This document shows, one piece after another, positions 11,022 to 23,224 of a stretch of 64,000 nucleotides of DNA. The translations under genes and the position numbers were made by a program. This DNA comes from Kudoa neothunni (Eukaryota; Animalia; Cnidaria). Each line of letters opens with the position of its first letter. Position 1 is the stretch's first letter. The notes beneath the pieces were generated by a model. The model saw nothing but the letters and a program-made list of their open reading frames with translations. It was not told the origin of the DNA and ran no database searches. The stretch lies in contig OZ199838.1 in the NCBI GenBank assembly GCA_964304625.1, positions 14,751,907-14,815,906 of the forward strand, written 5' to 3'.

Positions 11022-14000
11022 ATGGCTGAGCCAGTCACTGCTGAGATGTCATCGTTAAAACTAGCGTCATTTATCTCAAAAGTTCGACTTTGATTTTTAA
11101 CTATTTTAAACACCATTAATGTTTATATTGTTGCTCTCAACGTCAAAATAATAATTTGGATCACATAGGATAAAGTGTTTCCAGATTTCGTTGAAGACAG
11201 GTCTGCAATGTTTGATCGACTAAAGATTGAATATGACAAATGGGTGGCTGGTATATACACAATTTTTAAGGTGTGTGGTTTGCTTCATGGTTTGTTAGAC
11301 CAACCTAGAACACCCATCAAAATTACACTTCAAGATGGAAACGTTGTAGATGGGGTATCATGGGAAACCTCTCCATACACCATAATGAAAAGTCGTACGA
11401 CTTCCAAGACCGAACAAAGTAATTTCTCATCGTTACGCCATTTGTTGATCGTTTTGTAGATGATGCTGTCATTGCTAAAGTGAACAACGTTCTCTGGGAT
11501 CTGAAACGTCCATTTGAAGGTGACAGCACGTTGGAAATCCTGGATTTTGATAGTGAAGAGGGCAAACAAGTTTTCTGGCATAGCTCTGCTCATATTCTTG
11601 GTGAAGCTATGGAAGTTCGTTATCATGGTTGTCTTTGTTATGGCCCTCCTATTGAAACTGGATTCTACTATGATATGCATATGGCTGATAAGTAATGAGA
11701 TGGAATTTCTCCATTATATTTTAATTAGTTTGGTTTCTTCCAATGATTTCAAATCCTTGGAACAGATCTGTCAAGCCATCGCAAAGGATGAGCAAGAATT
11801 TGTCCGACTCGAAATGTCCAAAGAAGACCTCCGAAAAATGTTTCATGTGACTACTTTCAATGTCAGTTGTTGAAGATTAACCTTATTGTTTGCAGTACAA
11901 TCCTTTTAAATTGAGGATTATAGAGGAAAAAATCACTGAGCCTAAAACTACTGTCTACAAGTAATTGCTGTTATTGTGTTACATTGAAACATTTTAAATA
12001 GATGTGGGCCTCTAATCGACCTGTGTAGAGGTCCCCATGTTATTAACACCAATAAAATAAAGTCGTTGGCGCTTGTTAAGGTAATTAGTGTAATAGTAGC
12101 TTATTCTCAAGGTCAATATTACTTTTTAAATTCGAACTCGTAATCCTAAACGATGGTTTTTAATCTTCTTAAGGTAGATATTTTGAATTTCTATAATATC
12201 TCGGGGTGATGGATTTTTGAGGGTTGCTGTTTAATATCAACAGTTGTGGATTTTCGCCTAGTGCAAATGTGTGCGCAACTTTTGAGTTAATTATCAAACC
12301 ATCGATTGTGTCGAGTTGTGTATATTTTAATTTAATTTAATTTAATTAAATTAACAATTAAAATAATTGAAGAGGATTTATTTTAAGTTGCGGGGGATTT
12401 TCTGGATGAGCAAGTTGAGAGTTTAATTTATGGTGGCGATTGTTACAACTAGGGGTGCCCAATACCAATAGAATTTCTTTGTTTAAACCAATGTATAATG
12501 AAGAGTAGTGTGTCAGATTACATCCAAATGTATCAAGATATCTTCAAAATTATTCTTACTTTTTTATAAATCTTTACACATTTAACCATTGAGTAATACA
12601 AAAAACATATTAGGTTTGCAATATTCATTGGGCCTGTCAACAAAATATGTGGTAATGGTAAAGTATGCGGCACCTATAAAATGTCCTTTTGTGCATGTTT
12701 TTTCACAGTTCTTTTTTTCACGATTCATGATAATAAAATAAAAGAATATGAAGAGAAGAAATTCAGCTCAAAATAACATTCAAATTTTAAGAATTTTTCA
12801 TCCGACCGCGGTCGGATACACGCGTAATCTCCTTTTTTCAACAAGCATTGAAATGATCTCTAATTTGCTATGATAATTATTCATAAATTGGTTCTGTTTC
12901 GTATTTTTTAACAAACACGAGTTTTATAATATCAAATTTAATTATACAGGTTTTAAGCATGAATAATGTAAAAGCGAGAAAACAACCACGTGCTCGCAAA
13001 ATATATTCTCTTAGTTTTCTTGGAGCTGATGAGTTTTTTTAATAATTAATCAACGTCATGTTTAAGATCAACATTTAATTTCAATAAGGAAATAACTTAA
13101 GATAGATTATAGGAGGTTATTATTTTTTAGAATGGATTCTTAAATGTGTGTTTAGTATAGCATTCAATAAACGAAGAAATTATTAGTTTTAATGAATTGT
13201 ATATGTGCCGATAAAAATAATAACCTCAATAAACATATTGTGTTTACATCTTAAAATTTTCATCATTAGTATATTTTGCCGAGTTTTTTGTTAGGAAATT
13301 TTGGCACATAAAAAAACTTACAAAACAATAAAAATATAATTAAACAAATTTTTTAAATGTTTTTCATATACTACTTAAAGGTAAAATATTAATATAATTG
13401 TTTTTAAAAATTAGGTTCCTAAATTTTAATAATAAAAACTGAATAATCTCTTAATTTGTAATAAAAAATTTATTACAAAAAATTATAAACTAAAACAAAT
13501 CTTACCATATTAATATTTATATTTAAAAGTTCATTTTTAAAGTTAGTTGGTATAACATTGTCATATATCAATTGTGGTAATAAATAACTTTTGAGTTAAT
13601 AACTAAGAAAAAACAAAATAAAATGTCTGTTGAAAAAAGATGGAGATTACATGTGTATCCGAACGCGTCCGGATGAAAAATTCTTAAAATTTGAATGTTA
13701 TTTTGAGCTGAATTTCTTCTCTTCATATTCTTTTATTTTATTATCATGAATCGTGAAAAAAGAAATGCGATAAAACATGCGCAAAAGAACATCTTTTAAG
13801 TATCGCATACTTTATCATTACCACAATCAGTTTGGTTCCCGTATTGAGTAAAATCAGTATATTTTAGAGAAATAAAACTTTTTTTTGAATGACTAAAAAT
13901 TTTGGCATTATCTCATTAAAATATAACAAACGTCTAAAATAATTGAAATTTAAAATATGGGCATGTGTAGAACATGGTATTGATGTCGACGAGAACTGAA

Positions 14001-17000
14001 ATTTGGAATACTCGTATTCGTTTTAAAAAATGCGGTATCGGTGCAACCCAATTTAATCCTAAATTTGAAGCGCGCACGCGGCTGCCATTTTTAATACAAA
14101 ATTCTTATTTACGGATGATATTCACAGTTAATTTTTCAGAATCTATTATATTTAATTATTTCTGGTCTTAGAATCATATCGATTATCCAGAAACAATTAA
14201 ACATTATCGAAATTAATCCTACCTCGAAATTATAATCAGCGGCAATAGCCGCTTCTTTTCGAGTACGTACATTTCTCTATAAAATCTCCCCTTTTTCTGA
14301 AGCCTACCAAGTATAATGATCTAATTTTTTGAACCATCGAGAAGCGGGTTTATTCATTGAGCTAGTCGTTTTCATAGTGATCTTATTTTGTTGTTATAAA
14401 ATAATACTAATAATATTTTTAAACATTATTTTATGGTCAACTTGTGAGATAGTCCTGAAGTAATTGGCGTTGAAAAATATCTAGTTTTGCTGAGAAATAT
14501 AATTTTACACTTTAATTACGTTGAAATATTTTTAGGATATAAATAAGAATTTTTTCCAGCAGTGTAAACATATAATCTATGTTTATATTAATCGGTATGA
14601 TGTCTATTGAGACGTAGATCTTCTATTATTCAATAGTCATTTGATTAACGAGAAATAATTGAATCTAATGCAATTTCGGACGTATTGTGGGGGAGTTCTA
14701 AGATAATCCTAATATGGTGAAATATTAAATAAACGATCATTTTCGTTTATTGGAAAGTATAGAAATCACGGCCCCTTTAAAACACAATGATTCCATTGTA
14801 ATAACTCGTTCTTGGTTAATATATTCCTATTATACATTTAAAACAATTTTTGTGGGCATTACCGTTGATATTAAATAATATGAAATGAGGAAAAATAATC
14901 TATGGTTTATTAAAAGTGTGGCATTTACGTTTTCTCTGCAGACGTGCTGCAGATCAAAATGTTCTCTAATGGAAGTTTGGTCAAAATTTTGAAATAATTT
15001 TCAGGCTTGAATTATTTTAACATTGTATTCTTTTTTGATAATACAGTCGAACCTGGATATTGCGTAATTTTTTCATATTCTCGAAAAATTACGCAATGTA
15101 GAGTATTAGCGCAAGCACTTTATGCGCAAAAAACTAAAATTTATTGGGGTTTAAAATAACTGGTAAATTCAATCTGTTTGCATTATTTTCGGATTATTTC
15201 AGATATGAACCCCATAACTGTGTGCCATGAAAATAATGCTGTTGAGTTTTCTGATTAAATTAATTGTTTGTTTGAGTTCCGCAGTTGACACAAGCGCATC
15301 ATCTTTTACAAAAGTTGAATCGAAATTTTCTAGGAATTTATCAACTGCATACGCTTCAGATAAATCTATTGATTTCTCATGTATTTTTCCTTCTTCTTCA
15401 ATATGGTTGATTTCTTCATATTTTTCTCTAAAAATTAAAGTTGATAAACAATTAAATAGTGTGACGAAATTTTCAACATTATTTTCAGAAAATTCTTGGG
15501 ATAAGTTTTCATTATCTATTAATTAATCTTTAATTTGGTATGTTGTAGTATCAAAATACAATGCTCAAAAAGTCTAGATTTTTAAATCATCTTTGAATTA
15601 TAGTTGATGATACGTTTCCCCATGCATGATTTAAAGTTTTAATAAAACCAAAATGATATACTTAATTAAATTTAAATTAGCCATATTTATTACGTCGTAC
15701 TCTTCGTATCGTAGTAAAATTTTTTTAAATTAATGCCGAATCTAATTTTTAATTCTACAAACCAACCGTTACTACCTTTAAATTTGTCAATACCTATGGA
15801 TTTAATGATACTTTTTGTCTTTTCAACAATTAAGTTAGCAGGAACGACCTTTTTTCCATTTCACATTTTAGTTATTCATATATAGAATAAATAAATTAAT
15901 TCCGTGTACCTGTTTTCTTTCATTCTCTTTTTTTGAGCCGAAATAATAGAATTAATAATATCATTTTGAGAAGCTAAAATTTTATTAATAATGGAATGTC
16001 TTGAAAATATATTATATTGGGATTAGATAATTTTATATTGTTAGATGGTCTGGGAAGTTTAAAAGTCATTCCTTTTTCTCCTTTGAGTGATTTATTCGAA
16101 TTATAGTATTCGATTATTTCAATTTTTTCAGCCACCGTTCGCTGATTCCTTATCATTTTTGTTTCGCAGAATTAAGAGAGAAGATTAAACTGAACAAAAT
16201 GTTGTGCAATAGCGATATTTTAGTTCTAACACATTAACTTAAATTTATACTTCTTTAATAAAAATATTTTATCTTCGTTTGCTTAGTTAATATTAATTTA
16301 AATAATATAAAAGCAAAGTTTGAGTTAAAAATTTAAAATATCTTTTATATTTCAATGAACTAATGAAGTTACGCAATATCCAGATTCGACTGTATGTATA
16401 TTGGTGAAAAATGGAAGAAAAACTTTTATAGGAGAGTAGGTGATTTCTAAGTATTACATTACTACACAATTATAAAAAAGTGTTCTATTTTCTTTGTAAA
16501 ATTTCGAATGAATATAACTATTTCAAAGGTAAATAAAGAATTAATTTGCATATTTATCTATTAACAATATAAATGATATTTTATTAGGCAAAGTTCGTTT
16601 TTTAAAACTCTTGAATTATTAATTTAATCAATTTTATGATTAAAGTAACATTGTCCCCTCTTATTGAACGATATCTAGAATGGTTAAATCATTGATTTTA
16701 TTCACCTTTTGTTTTTTATTTAAGTATAATATATTTTTGAATGTACTTTCTGAAATTATGCCTTAGAAGCTAGCGTTCAACATATGATACCACAAATATT
16801 TCTTGCCTCGCTTTTATAAAAAAGAGACGTATAAACATGAAAACCAAAATTCTCCCGTCGTAATAATTGGCTTCCAGTTTTTATACATTGTAATCATTGT
16901 CATTCATTTCTTATATATTTTAATCACTCTGCCACGTATTAATAACATAATAGCAGCAAAATTTATTATTTGAATATTTAGAGGATCAAAATTATTAACA

Positions 17001-19520
17001 CCGTTCACCACTCGCAACCACCCTGTTATTCTGTTGTTTTAAATCCTTAGTAGTTGATTTCTATTAGAAAAATCAATGTATAAATTTTGATTGTGCTTTT
17101 TTTGGTGTAAGCTAGAGCAAAGATTGAATAATCTACTTTTAATTATTGGAAATAAAATATGCACACCTATTTGGCGAGTCAAAATGCTATATAGGCATAA
17201 CTTTTATACGTTAAATTTATTTGATTGATCGAACGAACGAAATTGATAATTCTAATGTTATTCCATTTCCTTCGTTGGGGTGTAGCAGTGGAGAATTACG
17301 GAGAGGTGCAATTTACGGGTTGTGAGATTAAAATGATGCAGAAAAAAATTACGCGTTAACGAAACCTTTATATATTTAAGCGCATAAACTACTTTATTTC
17401 TTCATAAAATTCTAAAATGATTTATTTATAGTATATTTGGAAATTCGGTATTAGGCAAATATTTTAGATGAATCAGCTAGCGTTAACTATCTTAGCTACA
17501 ATGTAATCATACGTTCAATAATTTATATCTGTTTCTATTTGATCACAACTATAATCATTTGTGTGTAGTTTATACTTTAGTTCATTAGTTTTGGATCAAT
17601 ATGAATGTGGGAATGTGTTTGAATAGTTATTTATAACAGCATCTATCATATAAATTGTGTATATAGCCTATGATTACGAGTCACTAGCACATGGAGTTGT
17701 AGATTAGATTTTTGTGGCCAAATAATAGCAGAAATTGTAATGATAATACAAAGTAAGTTATAGTATTAGTTATTGATGATCATTGAATAAAACCTAATTG
17801 CATTTCTCTAACAAATCTAATTCGCGAGAATAAGCTCTTATTGTTTGTTTGAAAGCTCACATATTTTTATCCAAAACCGACGTTTTAGAATTCTTCCACC
17901 TATTGGGAAGGGGACTGTAAAAAGGAATCACTTCAGCGTATCTATGGTATCTCTTTCCCGGATCGCAAACGAGTATTGGTTTTTTTGTGCTTTTTTGACT
18001 AGCACCATTTTTAGATGAAGGAGTGGAAAGTTTTCCAGGAAGAAGCGGCCAAAAGAGATCATCGTAAAATTGGAAGAGAACAAGAGCTGTTCTTTTTCAA
18101 CGAGCTCAGCCCTGGAAGTTGTTTTTTCCAGCCCAAGGGTGCTCACATCTATAACACTTTGGTCGATTTCATCAAGAGCGAATACCACACAAGACGTTAC
18201 ACTGAAGTTATTTCGCCAAATGTCTACAATACCAAGCTGTGGGAAACGTCTGGCCATTGGGAACACTACAAAGTAAGTTCCACCTGACATTGAATGTTTT
18301 TGCAAGTACTGATCATTCATCAAGGAAAACATGTTTTCGTTTGAATCGGAGAAGGTTACTTTTGCTTTGAAGCCCATGAACTGCCCCGGTCATTGGTATG
18401 TTTTGTTTATCATCCTCTCCATTGTAGTTATCAACTGACGATCCATATAGCGTAATGTTTGGAAACAGATCGAGATCCTGGAGGGAATTACCAATGAGAT
18501 ATGCTGATTTTGGCGTTTTGCACCGCAACGAATTGTCAGGAACACTGTCTGGTCTCACTCGTGTGAGGCGATTCTGCCAGGATGATGCACATATTTTCTG
18601 TGCTGTTGAACAGTTGAAGGATGAGATTCATAGTTGCCTCGACTTTGTCAATTATGTTTACAAGATATTCGGCTTCACAATGAAGTTGAATCTCTCCACT
18701 CGTCCTGAGAAATATCTTGGCGCAATTGAATTATGGAATCGTGCTGAAAAGGTAAGTTCTTTCATATTCTAGCTCGATAAGTGGTATTTGTAACTTAGGA
18801 ACTTGAGGAGGCGCTCAACAAAAATGGACATCCGTGGGTGCTTAATCCTGGTGATGGTGCATTCTATGGCCCCAAGGTAATATTTTATGATGAAGTTATA
18901 TCACAATGTGATTTGCGCGTTAACAGATTGATATACAAATACGAGATGCTCTCAACCGATATCATCAGTGTGCAACCATCCAAGTGGATTTTCAACTTCC
19001 TGAACGATTCAATCTAAATTATCAATCGTACGATTGAATTTATTTTTGGAAATGATTGTCTCTACAACGATAATTTAGAACCGACGGCGGTCTCAAACGA
19101 CCTGTCATCGTCCATCGTGCCGTATTGGGAAGTGTTGAACGCATGATTGCAATTCTTACCGAAAATTTTGGTGGAAAATGGCCATTTTGGCTGTCACCCA
19201 ATCAAATTGCTATCCTACCAATTAATTCTGCCATAGATGATTACGCACATGCTGTAATGCAACAACTCCGTGAACACAGATTTTGTGTGGAAATCCACAA
19301 CGATCCTGGTGAGACACTCAACAAAAGAATCCGAAATGCTCAACGAGCTCAGTTCAATTTCATTCTCGTTGTTGGCGAACAAGAACAAAAGAGCAACACC
19401 GTCAACGTTCGCACTAGAGACAATGTGCAACATGGGCCAAAGTCATTGATTCAGCTCATCGAAATATTCGAAAACCTTAGACGTACCAAAGTTAACGATG
19501 AATCAGTATCGTTACAATAA
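11022..19520 (+). CDS. TARS1: Threonyl-tRNA synthetase (cytosolic type), 14 exons
   Basis: TGS domain ([19 protein letters not shown]), [94 protein letters not shown] and a C-terminal anticodon-binding domain. All 13 introns are GT-AG; intron 7 is 12081-17888. Confidence 0.98.
12450..14051. mobile_element. hAT-like non-autonomous element inside ThrRS intron 7
   Basis: Left end TAGGGGTGCCCAATACC; reverse complement of right end TTGGGTTGCACCGATACC; related subterminal motifs. No clear TSD. Confidence 0.5.
12648..13825. mobile_element. Long-TIR (~200 bp) foldback/MITE element nested in the hAT-like element
   Basis: 12648-~12849 and ~13622-13825 are near-perfect reverse complements, for example the block TTCACGATTCATGATAATAAAATAAAAGAATATGAAGAGAAGAAATTCAGCTCAAAATAACATTCAAATTTTAAGAATTTTTCATCCG. 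Confidence 0.9.
15044..16392 (-). mobile_element. pogo/Tigger-like transposon, internally deleted, inside ThrRS intron 7
   Basis: TA-flanked 24-bp TIRs CAGTCGAA(C/T)CTGGATATTGCGTAA. Minus-strand remnants [15 protein letters not shown] (psq-like HTH) and [15 protein letters not shown] (CENP-B-type HTH). Confidence 0.9.
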
Positions 19521-21141
19521 ACTTAAATATGCTGCCCAAGCACACATGCCTATCATCTTACTTGAATTATTGATCTGAATATTAGTCAATCGGTTTTCAA
19601 TTTTTCAAATATATCTCCTCTGTAGTTCGCTGAAGTAGTTGGCATTTTTGTTCCTAAATTCTTTTGTTTTTCTCTTCTTCATTTCGAATTTTAATTATTT
19701 TTTTTATAATTAAAAAAATTCTCGATGAAAATTATAGGTTTTATCGAATTATTTATGCATCTTTTATACTGTGAGCATTTGCTATTGTCTTTATTATTTA
19801 GAGCTCTAAGAGTGGCAGAATAGCGCGTAATAGAGTGAAATTAGCCTTTAATTTAGTAAATTTGCTAAAACAACGTTTCTACGCCTTCCTTAATTTTTTC
19901 ATACTCCCCAAACTCTTTGATAAGATGATTAAAGTGTTGGTAACTGATGTTTTTAATCGTCACACATTTATTTTGTAGTTTGATCAGCAGAGAAGAATGA
20001 AAATGGGCAATAATTTAAATAAAATTATTATCTACTGAGCACAGATTATCACAAACCTGAGAAATCATTTGGAATGCTATGGTCTCAATATTATTTAAAA
20101 TTTTACGATTCCATGATTGTTGTATGTGGAAGTGTGCCCTACTAGTTGAATAAGGAATCATCCATATTGACTTCTTCAATATTTGAATTTCTGCATTATC
20201 TAAATTTATATAATGATATACAAAATTAAAACGAAAAGCTTTCCGAAATACAATTTGTTGAACATTTCCTATCTACAAAAAGTAATCAATACTTGTTCAT
20301 ATAGGGCGGTATAATTAAATGATAATACACTTGAAAATTCACAAAATAGTTTATATGAGAAATAATTAGTTTTAAATGAATGTAAGGAGTGATGAAAGAA
20401 AATTTCCTTAGTTAAATTTGGAAACTAATTAAATTGTTTATTTATAAAAATAAATAATCGTTCATTTTATCTTAACACTGAATTTAGTAGGTCTATTTTA
20501 TAGGTAACATTAATTATAGTTTTAGATATTTTTAAATATTTTTAGCTTACAATATTTTAAAGTATTGTATATTTAGTAGTTAGATTCTAGAATTTATGTT
20601 GCATCCATCAATTTTTCGTTTGACTTACTGTTTGGGCGCTGATAATTTGAAAGGGAAGTATTTTGATTGGATAAATTGGTTGAAACTCAGAAATTCGTCG
20701 TCACGTAATTAGGAGGATTCACATTTATTAATTATCTAAACTGATAAGTCAGCTGTTATTTTAAAAATAGCATTCAAAATAATAATTAACACCCTTATGA
20801 ATAATAAGAAATGTTGCACCTGTACTATAATTCTGTCAATTCTCAAAACTAATTCTAAAAAAATATTATTCTACAAATATAATATTAAATACCAGAACTA
20901 ATCATAAAATTAAATTGAAATTTAATAATATTTAAAGTATTTATCTATAGAATAATAATTTTTACTTTTCTCTAACCTTAAACATTTCGTCTAAGAAGAA
21001 ACAGAGAAAACTTATTAGAGATCAAAGATATTTTTCTATATAATCAAATTCGGCGTTCATTATTAAATTAATTAAATGTAACAACTTTAGTAGAAACCTA
21101 TACTTAAAAACAACTTTCACCTCAATGAGAATTAGATAATA

Positions 21142-22169
21142 CAGTTGTGCATTGTATCACACACTTTTGGGGGACAATGACTCTAGTGCGCAATATCCCT
21201 GCACTACTTAATACCCACGCTTTTGCGCATGCGTACATATGGGGTATTTGTGGGTGCGCGGCCACTTTTTCTGTTTTTTATTTATTCTCTCGTTACACCA
21301 ATAATAATGTTAATAGGGAGATGTGAAAAATTTGTGATAATTTTTTTATTGTTCACAGGGTATTTTGACAATAAATAAGATAGTTTAAGACAGAATTATT
21401 TGTTCAAAAAGAAATTTGTTATTTCTTTTGTTTTAAAAGAAGCTTATTTTATTTTTCAAAAGGAAAAGTTTAACTATGTAGTGTGTTACTGCATTTCGGT
21501 GTCAGGACCTTGAATAATTACTTTCTTGATTTCTTTTAGATTTTCTATATAATTTGTTCATTTTTAGAACAACTCTCGAAGGTAGCTCGAGGAGCTGTCC
21601 TCGACAGACAGATATAGTATGCCATTGGCTAATTCATTTTCCTGTTTATTTTGCTCTCTGGACAGCTTTATATTTCTCGTTCTCGAAAATTCGATCCATT
21701 GTTTCACTTCTATATAGAGTAGGCTGTATTCCTCTTTTTTAAGGGTTTTGCAATTTTCACTTAAATCGCTAGAAATAAAGTCTGTTAGTATTATTGATTT
21801 TATTGATCAATTATGTTCAGTGTGGTGACTGATTTAACGCCGAAGCGCTTAACGATACTAGTTTTAGAGCCACACTTAGTTCCTAATTATTCCGATTGCT
21901 TAATAATCTACACGTTTCTTCAAGTAAGCGATAATTTGTCCTATTTTCTTACTGCGTACTAGCCACGCCAATGTAATAAAACAAATAGATTTCGAGTGCT
22001 CAATAACAATGTACTCCTATTTTTAACAACTAAATTTTGTTTTCTCAATTTTATATTTGTATTGATTAATATATTTTACTATAATCTCACGATTTATACC
22101 TATTGTTGATTTGTATATTTTGAATTTTCGACACTATATATAAATGTGCGCAATAACCATGCGTTACTG
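21142..22169. mobile_element. Degenerate TA-flanked Tc1/pogo-type non-autonomous element
   Basis: TA|CAGTTGTGCATTGTATCACACACTTTT versus reverse complement of right end TA|CAGTAACGCATGGTTATTGCGCACATTT; GC-rich subterminal block. Match is weak. Confidence 0.4.
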
Positions 22170-23224
22170 TATATTTAATGATTATTTTCTTCTCATTTTA
22201 TTCGACGAATCTTTTAAAATAATTACTACTAATAAAAATTTCCCAGTTTCGCCTCGGATCGGGAATATTCTGGATTGAAAATTCTCTTCATATCATTAAA
22301 AAAACATACACTACTTTCCTTTAATCTATAAAAAAATTAATTTAATGTTACAAATTTCATACTATTAACAATTGTAATTAGCGAAATTAAAATCATGATC
22401 ATTTTGAGGCAGGGGCGCACCAATCCTCATCCCAATTCGTAATTTTGTGGCCCACCCAATCTATACAAACTTATAAATAGCCAGTGTCATATTTCTTCAC
22501 ACTCCTGAATTTTTTAAATTTATTCAAAAGTGTTATCCAAATCGTTATTTTTAGCTTAATCTTTTAATTAACATTATCTTAAAAATGATCAAGGAGAAAA
22601 GTGACAAAACGCACGTGAAGGGTGGTGATTTACAAATGCCACAAGCATTACTACTACCAACAGATTCGTTGCGTGGGTAGATCTTTATTTTTAAAATGAA
22701 TGAAATTTATTAAACTTCACTCGAAAATATGTTATATCTAAGGGGATATTCGTTATAACAGAGAAACTATCTTTGACTATCAACACGCCCAAAATAATTT
22801 AATTATCAAGAATATAAGCTATTAAAATCGACTATATAGAATTCTCACGCAATCGCACAATATTATGGAAAATTTATAATTTTAAAATTAACGCTAAGTA
22901 TTCTACAATCGGCTTTAAATCTAAAGTTGGTTAAAATCTGATGAATTGAGTACAATATATATGCGACTGCAGGCGAGTCGCACCGAGGTAATTTATAGTC
23001 TGGTCAACATCGCTAGTCTATCGCAAAATAATTATTTATTTAAACCGGTTTCATTCTCTTGCGTTAATCCAATTTAATTCCACCGACACATTTATTCATA
23101 AAGTTTCGCGTTAATTAAATATACATATCTTATCCTGTGGTAACACTGTGCACCTCGCTAGCTGACGTCCATCGTGGTCGATTGTGTTGTTGACTTGATG
23201 CGGGATAAAACTAGTGGCTTAAAA

